From Minisyncoccia bacterium (GTDB taxonomy: Bacteria > Patescibacteriota > Minisyncoccia > UBA6257 > 2-01-FULL-56-20), in contig JBEKML010000001.1 in assembly GCA_050008535.1 (NCBI GenBank), positions 66,246 to 130,245 on the forward strand: a DNA stretch of 64,000 nucleotides, written 5' to 3'. The notes below the pieces were generated by a model that was not told the origin of the DNA, made no database searches, and saw only the letters and a program-made list of their open reading frames with translations. Shown here one piece after another: positions 9,134-18,089 of this stretch. The position numbers were made by a program, and so were the translations under genes. Position 1 is the first letter of the stretch. Every line of letters begins with the position of its first letter.

Positions 9134-11665
9134 ATGAAAATGACTATGATAAATGACAAAAAATTGAATAAAGAGATCCTGCTCGCACTGCTCTCAGCGA
9201 CGTCGTCCGAAGAGATTTCTAATTTTATAAAGACAAATAAATTTTTTAATGCTGAGAATTGTTCGTGGAAGCCATACGGCGGACAAGAGACAAATGCCAA
9301 AAACGTAGAGGGGCAGATGAGAAGCTCGAGCAATGCGCTCGTAGAAAAAATAACGAATTCCACCGATGCGCTTTTAATGCGGAAGTGCTACGAAGTCGAG
9401 GGGCTGAAGCCGGAGAGCGGTAACTCCAAACTGCCTAAGACCTTATCAGAGGCGATCGCGAAATACTTCGGGACCGAGGAGGAGATAAACAAGAAACGTA
9501 GCGAATGGGCGAAGAAAAATCTGGTTTTACTGGCCGAGGGTGACAGGAAGAAACCGACGATTACGATCATTGATCGTGGAGAGGGGCAGTTCCCCAATAG
9601 AATTCAGGCGACGATTGTCGGACTGAGCGAGAGCATAAAAGAAAAAATAAATTTCGTTTTCGGTAAATACCATCAAGGCGGATCGGCCGCGATCCGTTTT
9701 TGCGGTAGCAAGGCGAACTGCTATCAGCTGGTCTTGTCGAGGAGGGCTGAAAGCATTGCCCAGAGGGAGGGTGAAACTAATGACTGGGGCTGGACGCTGG
9801 TGAGGCGCAATTTCAAGAACAGGATCACTTACTATGAATTTTGCACGGACATTAACGGCAACACTTTCTGCTTTGATTATGACAAGCCGTTAAAAATTCA
9901 AAACCTAGACATTGATTTCATCGATGGATGCCTTATCCGGTTATACGATTATTTCTTGGAAAATCCATCAAACATAACGTTCGGCTTTAATTCGCTGGCG
10001 TTCGATATCGACCAAAAACTCCAACGGTCACCGTTGCCTCTTTATCTCCAAGATAATCGAGGGTGGAAGGGTGATACCAAATATACGATCGCAGGCTTTT
10101 TACGAAGGGTGGAGGACAACAAAAATGTCATCAACGACGATATCACCCTGCAAGCAGGACTGGGAGAAATCGGAACGAGGAGTATTCGGTGTATCCGCCT
10201 CAAGCATATAAGCGATGTGGACGGCGTTAAGTCTTATAAGCAACAGAGGGACAAAATATTCTACGTCGAGAATGGATTAGCTCTCGGTTTTGAAACGGAA
10301 TCTTTTCTGAGGACAGACTGTCAGCTTCCGGCCCTTGCGCCATATCTGATCTGTTATGTTGATATGTCCGACATTCCAGTGGAGCTGGCGAATATATTCC
10401 ATGCCGGCCGGGAGGAATTCGCTCGGACGGATGACTATCATCTTTTGAAGGAACGCTTGCGAAAGTTTTTTGAAAATGAGATTTTTGAAAAGTGGGATAA
10501 GGAGTATCAGGAAAAGAGCTTGGCCAGTGCGAATGAGGACAATAAAGAGCTTGATAAGCTGATTGAGCGAGCCATTGTCGATGATCCGGAATTGAAGGAC
10601 TTGCTCGGCATTGGTGAAGAGATAAAGATACCGAAAGGCAAAGAAGAGGATAAAGAGCCTTACGTCGGAGAGGAAAATCCGAAAAAGTTTGAATACGTTG
10701 GGGAACAGCCCAAAGAAGTCGATAAGGGTTCCTATGCTCTTGTTTCCTTCCGGACCGAGGCGGAAGATAAGCTTTTGACCAGAAAGAAGAATCGCTACTA
10801 TATCGAATGGTCTAAAGGCTCGAAGGTCTTTGACGTGGTAATACGAGGGATGAATAAGGGCGTCATATCGCTTCGGGTTGATTGCCGGGAAAATGCGACA
10901 GTCGGAGACGAGGACAAGATAACTTTTACCTTGCTGGACTCCGAGAAAAATAAAAAGTTCGAAGAGAATATAACTTTCAAAGTAACCGAGACACCGCCTT
11001 ATATTGGCTCATATTTCCCGACCTATTTTGAACCGCAAAAGGACGTTCTGAAAATTTCTCCCAAGGCGACTAAAAAATTCACCTTTGCCACCGATGTCGC
11101 AAACGACTATTTCACGAGAGAGAAAGACGCCGGAGTCATTGAGTTCGGGGAACGGGATGATCTGCAATTAAAAAAGTTCAGATTGAATGATGGAATGTTG
11201 GAGGTGAGCTTCCACGCCACGACCGAAAAGCTGGGTAAGAAACCCGATATTAAAATTGCCATTAATGGGAGTATAGATCACCGTTTCGAGTTTGTTATTC
11301 CTTTGGAAATCGTACCGCCAGAGGAAAGCTCTAAACTGAATGAGCCCAAAAGGAACCCTGTCTACGAGAGGGACTGGCCGACTTATGGCTGGAGCGAGCA
11401 CGATGTGGCAAGCGTGGACTCTTCAAGGACGCAGGGACTGATAGTAAACCTCAACGTTGATTCCAAGCCGTTGAAAGAACTGAATAAGATGGTCGGCATC
11501 GACAAGATCGAAAGTGCAAAAAATAAATATCTCGCTGATACTTACATCTACTCTCTTTATCTGTATTTTGAATTGAAAAACGACCCCGATAAGGATCGTA
11601 TGCTAAGCTCTGCAATGCGCGCGATCGGAAAAGCACTGCCCGGTATGATCCGGAAGATTGTTTAG
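9134..11665 (+). CDS. GHKL/Bergerat-fold ATPase (MORC-like), 843 aa, with a large uncharacterised C-terminal region
   Basis: N-box ALVEKITNSTDALLMRK. G1 box TITIIDRGEGQ. G2 box FGKYHQGGSAAIRF. The remaining ~650 aa have no recognisable motifs. The stop TAG at 11663-11665 overlaps the stop of the convergent methyltransferase gene. Confidence 0.6.
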   Translation: MKMTMINDKKLNKEILLALLSATSSEEISNFIKTNKFFNAENCSWKPYGGQETNAKNVEGQMRSSSNALVEKITNSTDALLMRKCYEVEGLKPESGNSKLPKTLSEAIAKYFGTEEEINKKRSEWAKKNLVLLAEGDRKKPTITIIDRGEGQFPNRIQATIVGLSESIKEKINFVFGKYHQGGSAAIRFCGSKANCYQLVLSRRAESIAQREGETNDWGWTLVRRNFKNRITYYEFCTDINGNTFCFDYDKPLKIQNLDIDFIDGCLIRLYDYFLENPSNITFGFNSLAFDIDQKLQRSPLPLYLQDNRGWKGDTKYTIAGFLRRVEDNKNVINDDITLQAGLGEIGTRSIRCIRLKHISDVDGVKSYKQQRDKIFYVENGLALGFETESFLRTDCQLPALAPYLICYVDMSDIPVELANIFHAGREEFARTDDYHLLKERLRKFFENEIFEKWDKEYQEKSLASANEDNKELDKLIERAIVDDPELKDLLGIGEEIKIPKGKEEDKEPYVGEENPKKFEYVGEQPKEVDKGSYALVSFRTEAEDKLLTRKKNRYYIEWSKGSKVFDVVIRGMNKGVISLRVDCRENATVGDEDKITFTLLDSEKNKKFEENITFKVTETPPYIGSYFPTYFEPQKDVLKISPKATKKFTFATDVANDYFTREKDAGVIEFGERDDLQLKKFRLNDGMLEVSFHATTEKLGKKPDIKIAINGSIDHRFEFVIPLEIVPPEESSKLNEPKRNPVYERDWPTYGWSEHDVASVDSSRTQGLIVNLNVDSKPLKELNKMVGIDKIESAKNKYLADTYIYSLYLYFELKNDPDKDRMLSSAMRAIGKALPGMIRKIV

Positions 11666-12978
11666 ACTTTCTCCATTACCAGAACGTACTCGTACTCATA
11701 GGCCCTCGTTCTTGAAGGGTTAGCCATGCCTGTAAACTTACCGCTCTCGATATCGCGCCATGGGGTTATCATCTTATTCGGGATTTCTCGCTTGATGAAT
11801 TTCACTTCCTTAAATCCGGCTACCTGCATCTGTTCGGCCGCTACTTGAGCGTTTAGGATTTCTACTCCCCTGAGATTGGTGTTGCCGATAATCATGCAGG
11901 CCTTACCTCCAGTTTTAAGTATCCGGTGCATTTCGGCGAACACTTTTTTCATGTCTAAAAAGTAATTAGCGACATCTACAGCCAAAGGTCTTTCAATTTG
12001 GATCAGGGCGTTTACTATCTGTTCGGCACTCTCACTGTCAAAGTCGCCTGTTTTTTCGGCTTTCGAGCTCGTGCCGATAAAGTTGCGACGAAAATCTATA
12101 AAGCCCTTGCTGAAGTGATGCCATTTCTTGAAGTGCTTCGGATCATCGCCAAACCACAGTAGCGACAACTGGTGCAGATCGGCGTATTCATAAGATGTCA
12201 CATACGGAGGTGATGTTACGATAAGGTCAACGTCACCGTCCTTAATCGGCCATGCCTTTGTCGAGTCTCGGCGGTACATCGTGGCTGGCACTTTCAAGTA
12301 TCCGGATTGTTTTAATTCGTTATAAAATCGCTCATTCTTTTTTATCATCGAGTCGAGGTGTCGAAGGAATGACTCTTTGACCGGCGGAATTACCTTGTCT
12401 TTGTCTATCGTTGGTTTAATGCTTTTCATCAGCCACCGTGAGCAGTTTTTCAGGTTATGGGAAAATGCACACAGGAAAAATCGGCGGACGTTATGGTTCT
12501 CTATTTTTTTAATAGCAAAATAAATCCTGTCCAACTCCAAAACTGTCGACTCATCAAACCAGTAAGCAATACGAGGGTGATGTTCTCGTTGGACCGGCGA
12601 TGTGTTTTCGTAATGTTGTAAAAATTTCTCCCGGTAATTGACGAGGGATTTCGGCCTGATAGCCGTCGTCTTGGTTTGGGTGATCAGCTTTGCTACCGGA
12701 TTGATGTCAAAGCCGATGCTCTTGTGGCCTAAAAGCTTTGCCTCAACCAATGTCGTTCCACATCCTCCGAATGGATCACAAACTGTTTGGGTATTGTTGG
12801 GTGCGTAATCCTCGATCAGCTTTTTAACGATCTGCGGAATAAATTTTGCAGGGTAACGATGGTAGTCGTGGGTGAAAGCGGTCGTTTGCGATCTACCGGC
12901 ATCACGAAAAGACCAATCTTCACTGGGTTGGATGGTTCTAAACTGTTTTTGTATTGTAGTTGCGATAGCTTCCGGCAT
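11662..12978 (-). CDS. DNA methyltransferase, amino-MTase (N6-adenine or N4-cytosine)
   Basis: AdoMet motif I VCDPFGGCGTTLVEA near the N-terminus. Catalytic motif IV IVTSPPYVTSYEY after a ~150-aa putative target-recognition region. Total length 438 aa. Confidence 0.85.
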   Translation of the reverse strand: MPEAIATTIQKQFRTIQPSEDWSFRDAGRSQTTAFTHDYHRYPAKFIPQIVKKLIEDYAPNNTQTVCDPFGGCGTTLVEAKLLGHKSIGFDINPVAKLITQTKTTAIRPKSLVNYREKFLQHYENTSPVQREHHPRIAYWFDESTVLELDRIYFAIKKIENHNVRRFFLCAFSHNLKNCSRWLMKSIKPTIDKDKVIPPVKESFLRHLDSMIKKNERFYNELKQSGYLKVPATMYRRDSTKAWPIKDGDVDLIVTSPPYVTSYEYADLHQLSLLWFGDDPKHFKKWHHFSKGFIDFRRNFIGTSSKAEKTGDFDSESAEQIVNALIQIERPLAVDVANYFLDMKKVFAEMHRILKTGGKACMIIGNTNLRGVEILNAQVAAEQMQVAGFKEVKFIKREIPNKMITPWRDIESGKFTGMANPSRTRAYEYEYVLVMEKV

Positions 12979-13399
12979 ATGTTGTCACTGGTATTATACC
13001 GCTTTATAAGATTTCTATCAAAAAAATTTTGCACTTTTTGATATTCCGGGCAGTCATATTTGCTTAAGTTAAGCAAATCGTTTTAGGCTTTCAATTTTGG
13101 TCAAACCGGCTGGTCATGCTCGCGAATGGTGTCAATGGTGTACTCTGGCCACAAAGCTCGCTACAGGGGCAAACACGTGGCAGAAATCGGGGCGTTTAAT
13201 CGTGAGCTGATTCGGTCTGGAATAATCTCGATTTTTCTGATAAAATTCCAGTTGTAAAAGGTGGGTTCCATGTCTTTAGGCCAAAACGGTTGAAAAGTCT
13301 GGAATTATGCCCGCCTCCGGGAGGACGAGCTGTAAAAGGTCTTTAATCTCTCGGATATTACGGAGAATTGAGTTCCAATTCAATTCCCTCAAGGGCACA

Positions 13400-13465
13400 G
13401 GCAAAGAAAAAGGGTTTCAGATCGAGTACTAAGAAGGGCTCTCTCTGAAACCCTTTTTCTTTGCC
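13400..13465. repeat. hairpin repeat copy A (core in reverse orientation at 13424-13441)
   Basis: The 22-bp perfect inverted arms ggcaaagaaaaagggtttcaga/tctgaaaccctttttctttgcc flank tc-GAGTACTAAGAAGGGCTC-tc. Confidence 0.8.
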
Positions 13466-13669
13466 TTTTGGCACTCACGGGGAATTGAACGAGGGGGGAG
13501 GGGGCAGTCTGACCCCTCCGTGTAGGAGGGTCGCGCGCTTCGCGCGACAGTGCGCGCACCCTAGGTGTCGCAAGCGCAGGCCGGTCTTACCCGGCCGAGC
13601 AGTGAGATCCCTCGCAAAGCCAATAAGCTTAATGAGCGGGAAATAGGCGTGATTTGTTATAATAAAAAA

Positions 13670-13933
13670 ATGAAATCAAGAATCGGGTTGATCCTTGTCG
13701 TTTTATATATTTTGTTCGTAGGCTATCTTTGGTTTGCTGAATTGTCTTGCACTGGTTGGGGGTGTGGCTACTCGCTGATACTGGCGATAATGCCCTGGCC
13801 GCTTGTTCTGGAAGGCACAGCTCAGTTTTCAATCCCGTTATTTATTATTTTGTTTTTATTGAATGCCACTATTTTATATTTCATCGGACTGGGACTTTCT
13901 AAAATCTTCCGTCAAGACCGCGGAGTTTTGTAA
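13670..13933 (+). CDS. small membrane hypothetical protein
   Basis: The hydrophobic ORF is called from the internal ATG at 13670. The ORF track begins at a GTG at 13565. This call is weak. Confidence 0.25.
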   Translation: MKSRIGLILVVLYILFVGYLWFAELSCTGWGCGYSLILAIMPWPLVLEGTAQFSIPLFIILFLLNATILYFIGLGLSKIFRQDRGVL

Positions 13934-14031
13934 AGAATCTCAAAACGCTTCCGAAGAATGTTTGTGGGGTCTCACTCATAAAGGTCTGAGGCCTTGGAAG
14001 GGCGCAGCTTCATTGGTGGTATAATTAAACT

Positions 14032-14580
14032 ATGAAAAAAATAATGGTTAGCTTGCTGTTTTTGCTGCCAGCGGTCGTTTTTCTGCAGGGAGCTCGGGCG
14101 GCCAAAACAATGCCGTCGTCAACCTCCGGTGTTGTTTCTGATCAGAAGGCCGCGGCGACGGGAAGCGTGATCGTGGTTTCTCCTCGAATCACGTCATTTC
14201 TTGAAAATCTTGCAAAAACCAATCCGTCCCAATCGGTTCAAGTTATTATTGAAGTATCCAACGCGCAACGTCAGGACGTCCTCCAGCTTGCGGAGTCTCT
14301 TGGGGGTAAACTTACCACCGATAACCCCCTGTATAATAATCCTCGTTTGCCATTATTTATTACCATTCCGGCAGGCAAGCTTCTTGATCTTGTGGCCTCG
14401 AAATATGACTTCGCCATTTCCGAGAATGGAATTGGTTCCGTCGCACAGGCAACGTCTGCGGAAAATCAATACCAGACAACGCCAGAAAAGGGCTGGAGCG
14501 GAACCGCAGGAATCGCCTCCGCCGTTGGAGCGATTGTTTTGATTTATCTGATATATAGGGTTGCAAACAAAAAACGTTAA
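14032..14580 (+). CDS. exported protein with C-terminal TM anchor and basic tail
   Basis: Signal peptide MKKIMVSLLFLLPAVVFLQGARA. C-terminal GAIVLIYLIYRVANKKR. Confidence 0.55.
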   Translation: MKKIMVSLLFLLPAVVFLQGARAAKTMPSSTSGVVSDQKAAATGSVIVVSPRITSFLENLAKTNPSQSVQVIIEVSNAQRQDVLQLAESLGGKLTTDNPLYNNPRLPLFITIPAGKLLDLVASKYDFAISENGIGSVAQATSAENQYQTTPEKGWSGTAGIASAVGAIVLIYLIYRVANKKR

Positions 14581-14589
14581 GCGGCGCCG

Positions 14590-15348
14590 CTACTTTGCGC
14601 TCAATAAACCGTCGATCACCGACTGGAAATTTGCATACGGTTGGGCGCCCATAATTTGCCTCCCGTTGATGAAGAATACCGGGGTGGAATTTACTCCCGC
14701 AGCGGACGCGCTTGCCTTTTCCTGGGCGACCTGGCTCGCATATTTATTGGCATCAATACAAGTCGTGAATGCCGGAATGTCCAGGCCGAGCTGCTGGGCA
14801 AGTTTAAGGAAAAGCGTCCGATTCAAACTGCCGTCGTTTTCGCTGCCGCCCTTCTGTTCATCCTGAACTTTCGCCTGATATAAAGCACCGTGATAAGCCC
14901 ATGCTTGATTCTGATCCGCGGCGCACTCCGCTGCCTCTGTCGCAGCCGTTGATTCGGGGCCTAAGAACGGAAAGCTTCTGAAGACCATTTTCATCTTCCC
15001 AGAATCCACGTATTTCTTGATAAGAAGCGGCTGGGTTTGTGAAAAATACTGCACACAAAACGGACATTGGTAATCGCCGTACTCAATAAAGGTAATTGGA
15101 GCGTTGGCGTTCCCAAGAACGGCATCGCGCGGGCTTAAAGCCATGATGTTTACCGTACTTGTCGGAGCTGCAGCCTGCGGCTGCTGCGCGGCGGGCGAAG
15201 GCGTTACTGTTCCTCCTTTATAAAATACCGTGAAGAGGATCGACCCTGAGATAAGGACTGCGGCAACAAGGATGCTGATCGGCAAAAACCGAGATTCGAT
15301 TGGTTGGTGATTTTGTTCCATGCGTTCCATGATATCATGCCGACACAT
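14590..15348 (-). CDS. DsbA-like thiol:disulfide oxidoreductase (thioredoxin fold, membrane-anchored)
   Basis: N-terminal TM segment. CPFC active site within YGDYQCPFCVQY. The exact start codon is uncertain. Confidence 0.75.
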   Translation of the reverse strand: MCRHDIMERMEQNHQPIESRFLPISILVAAVLISGSILFTVFYKGGTVTPSPAAQQPQAAAPTSTVNIMALSPRDAVLGNANAPITFIEYGDYQCPFCVQYFSQTQPLLIKKYVDSGKMKMVFRSFPFLGPESTAATEAAECAADQNQAWAYHGALYQAKVQDEQKGGSENDGSLNRTLFLKLAQQLGLDIPAFTTCIDANKYASQVAQEKASASAAGVNSTPVFFINGRQIMGAQPYANFQSVIDGLLSAK

Positions 15349-15413
15349 TGCGTCAAACGATTTACGAGGATATTGAAAATGGGAAGAAGTGGCGTATAAT
15401 AGGAAGCGTTATC

Positions 15414-15485
15414 GCGGGTATCGTATAGCGGCTATTATGCGACCTTGCCAAGGTCGAGATACGGGTTCGACTCCCGTTACCCGCT
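15414..15485 (+). tRNA. tRNA-Gly (GCC)
   Basis: Acceptor stem gcgggta/tacccgc. Anticodon stem cgacc/ggtcg with loop ttGCCaa. T-arm acggg-TTCGACT-cccgt. Confidence 0.7.
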
Positions 15486-16075
15486 CAAAGATCAAACGAG
15501 CGTCCAATAGTTTTTCTCTTAAATGTTGCCCCTGGCTTTATTTTCAGAAACCCCAGATTTGCTTTTCTAGCACCTTTGTAATCGTTTCCGCCATCAGCAA
15601 TCACAATACAGTCTCCAAATTTCTTCTTTATTTTCCGAAACGGGATCCCCGTTCTTTTTGAAAACCGGCACTGATTTTTTGTTATCGAATTTTCTATATC
15701 AAAATACTTTCGTATGCCAAGTCTATCAAGTACATACTGGGTTTCTTTTTCTTGCCCACCAGTAGCATAAATAAATCGGCAGTTATTTTTATTCGCCTTA
15801 ATCCAATCAACAATGGGATATCGTTGTGGTTGTGGCAGTTTTTTCTCAAGCACGCTTTTCTCAAACGCCCGGTTATACCATCGCCAATATACCGCCTTGG
15901 TTAATTTCTGCCCGGTCGCTTTTGTAAAAATCATATAAGTATCCGAGATCCCAGACATCTTCAATCCTTCGAATCTTTTTTCATATCTCCTGTTTGTCAT
16001 GCGCAAAAGCACCGATTTTTCAATCGGCCACATGTTGGTGAGCGTTCCATCGATGTCGAATATAATTGATTTCAT
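15485..16075 (-). CDS. HAD-superfamily hydrolase
   Basis: Motif I FDIDGTLT at the N-terminus. The gene is AT-rich and abuts the 3' end of tRNA-Gly. Confidence 0.65.
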   Translation of the reverse strand: MKSIIFDIDGTLTNMWPIEKSVLLRMTNRRYEKRFEGLKMSGISDTYMIFTKATGQKLTKAVYWRWYNRAFEKSVLEKKLPQPQRYPIVDWIKANKNNCRFIYATGGQEKETQYVLDRLGIRKYFDIENSITKNQCRFSKRTGIPFRKIKKKFGDCIVIADGGNDYKGARKANLGFLKIKPGATFKRKTIGRSFDL

Positions 16076-16129
16076 TTTTATTGAATTGAGAGGCCCGCAC
16101 CGTAATAAGATACGGGCCTCGATTTGTAG

Positions 16130-17134
16130 TCACCAGCTTGGCATGAGCGGCCCATGTAGCGCACTGTCGTTTATGACCTCGGCGTCTTCCCGTTCCCATA
16201 GGACGTATCCAGTGACGGGGGTTGCCCCACACGAAAGGATGACCACTTGGCACGCTTTTTTGTCCAGCGTTGCCGGGTGAATCATTTGCTGTGCAATGAG
16301 GGAGTTTCGGTTGTAGCACTGGCGGGCGAATCGACCGCCCCGGACATCCCGTTGGTACAAAACACTTTTGCCGGCACGGAGATGATCAGCGCTGTACTTT
16401 TCCGCGAATTTCAGGACGGTGCCGCTGAAGTCGGACTTCATCCAATTCGCCACGTGTTCCCATGGTACTTCGGGTGCATACCAACAGAGCGGGGTGTTGA
16501 CGCACCGAGTACGGCCTCCTTTGATGTCCCACTCGGTGCTGCGGGAAAACTGCGCAAGCCGCATCTTGTTCTCGATTTCGTACCCATAGGCAGGAACGAT
16601 GTTGGGGAGTTCTTCTGGTCGATCCCATCCGTAGTAATACATCGGGTCTCGATCGTCTCGAGGCTCGCCCGGCAAAAAAGATTCGACTTTCTTGCCAAGA
16701 TTCCTCAACTCCTGAAGCGTTAAGAGGAACTCATCATAGTACGCGTTGTTTGAGCTTGGCAGGTGCCAGGCTTGCGGTAGTTTTTCCCCGATAAGTTCCC
16801 CGCCTACAGGAAACCCGCACGCGCGGCAAAGATTGAGCGCCGTGCCCCAGCCGTCCACAAAGCGGGCGTTTACCTCGAGGACGATAAGTCTGTCCATCGC
16901 CTCCGAGATGAAGGCATCGGTCCGAAGATATATCCCCGGTTCGCAGAATCCGTCTTTCCTGAAGCCGCAAAAGCTCAGAAACTCGCCGAGGAAAAATTCG
17001 AGGCCTCGCATAATTTCGCCGCTCATGATCACGCCCAGGCCGCCTACCTTGTATGGTCTCCCGCGGTAGAGCGATCGGGGCAATAGGTCACGGTTTAGGT
17101 TGAACTCACGCCAATACATCTGCTGATTCGGCAT
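16130..17134 (-). CDS. hypothetical enzyme, possibly ATP-grasp-like
   Basis: Called from the internal Met MPNQQMYW at 17134, which avoids overlap with the TrpR-like gene. The segment RLIVLEVNARF faintly resembles an ATP-grasp motif. Confidence 0.4.
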   Translation of the reverse strand: MPNQQMYWREFNLNRDLLPRSLYRGRPYKVGGLGVIMSGEIMRGLEFFLGEFLSFCGFRKDGFCEPGIYLRTDAFISEAMDRLIVLEVNARFVDGWGTALNLCRACGFPVGGELIGEKLPQAWHLPSSNNAYYDEFLLTLQELRNLGKKVESFLPGEPRDDRDPMYYYGWDRPEELPNIVPAYGYEIENKMRLAQFSRSTEWDIKGGRTRCVNTPLCWYAPEVPWEHVANWMKSDFSGTVLKFAEKYSADHLRAGKSVLYQRDVRGGRFARQCYNRNSLIAQQMIHPATLDKKACQVVILSCGATPVTGYVLWEREDAEVINDSALHGPLMPSW

Positions 17135-17231
17135 GGTTTTCAAAGAACTCCTACTCTCCCGCCCGGAAATTGAAACGGCCCTTCCGGGAAGGGCTTGATC
17201 GGCAAGTGCGCGCGGCACAACCAAACCCTTC

Positions 17232-17528
17232 CTACAAGGGGATGGCGTGATGATGAAGCTTGCTGATGATGGCTCTGTATCCTCCTTCGTCGCCGTTAAG
17301 CCATTTTGAAACCCGAGCAACCGTTGTGGAGCTGAAACCGGTTTTTTTCTCGATTTCAGAATACGGCACTTTTTGCGATAGTAATTCGGCGGCCTCAAAC
17401 CGCTTTGCGAAATCCTCGATTTCTCTTTTAGTCATAAGATCCCGCAAAAACCTCCTGGCTTCGTTTGCCGTTTCGAGCGCCAAGATGGCTTGGATCAGGC
17501 GGCTCTTTTCCTTATTATTCCAGTCCAT
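17232..17528 (-). CDS. TrpR-like DNA-binding protein (YerC/YecD family)
   Basis: About 98 aa. KKTGFSSTTVARVSKWLNG is an HTH typical of the YerC/YecD family. Confidence 0.65.
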   Translation of the reverse strand: MDWNNKEKSRLIQAILALETANEARRFLRDLMTKREIEDFAKRFEAAELLSQKVPYSEIEKKTGFSSTTVARVSKWLNGDEGGYRAIISKLHHHAIPL

Positions 17529-17668
17529 ACGGGCACTTTAGCAAAGTAAAGTGGCAAAGTCAAGCCCGGGGCCGCAGCGATCTGTTTCGTCCTTTTGGAC
17601 TCGTCGGGCGAGATACGCATCTCACGACAGAGAGGGTTTTAGAGGTCCCTCAAACTCGCCGGGGTGGT

Positions 17669-17935
17669 TCATCCGTAGATCAGCTTGTACGCCAACACCG
17701 ACGACGAAAAAACGAAGGTGATGACGTTGGCGATGACTATCGGACGAGAACGGAGAATGCCCCCGTAGATGGCCCAGAGAAAGGTCCCCAGAGAAAGGAT
17801 GATGAACGTCCATAGGGAAACGTCTGTGGCCGGCTTCGGGGCATGGCTCCACGTCACGTAAATCTGCGGGACAAATGCTGCAGTGGTAAGGCAGCCGGCG
17901 ATCGTCCCTATCGCCTCTGTCACTCTCTTGTTCAT
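17669..17935 (-). CDS. SemiSWEET / PQ-loop sugar transporter (88 aa)
   Basis: Three TM helices with the PQ motif in AAFVPQIYVTW. The 45-aa N-terminal extension in the ORF track is a translation of hairpin copy B and was excluded. Confidence 0.6.
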   Translation of the reverse strand: MNKRVTEAIGTIAGCLTTAAFVPQIYVTWSHAPKPATDVSLWTFIILSLGTFLWAIYGGILRSRPIVIANVITFVFSSSVLAYKLIYG

Positions 17936-18019
17936 CGCAATTCTCCTCTCTTCTCGCTGGCTGTGTTTTATCACATATGAGCTCATGTTGTCAATTGTTT
18001 TAAAATTAATCGCCCATAG

Positions 18020-18089
18020 GCCAGCAAGAAGACCCTGTTTGAAAAGAGCCCTTCTTAGTACTCTTTTCAAACAGGGTCTTCTTGCTGGC
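18020..18089. repeat. hairpin repeat copy B (core forward at 18046-18063)
   Basis: The 26-bp perfect arms gccagcaagaagaccctgtttgaaaa/ttttcaaacagggtcttcttgctggc directly flank GAGCCCTTCTTAGTACTC. Confidence 0.85.

Noticed and set aside
13000-14000. Direct repeat of the tRNA-Arg 3' end (attR) as the right boundary of the island
   Set aside because: It was searched for by eye and not found. Serine-recombinase att sites do not need long direct repeats, so the absence is uninformative and the boundary is left open.
15389-15661. 90-aa plus-strand ORF
   Set aside because: It overlaps the tRNA-Gly gene and the HAD hydrolase gene on the other strand. It is a translated tRNA and has no coding signal.
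17936-18070. 45-codon N-terminal extension of the SemiSWEET ORF (MKRVLRRALFKQGLLAGLWAI…)
   Set aside because: It is the translation of hairpin copy B: the 18-mer core plus palindromic arms. The true start is more likely the internal Met at 17935.
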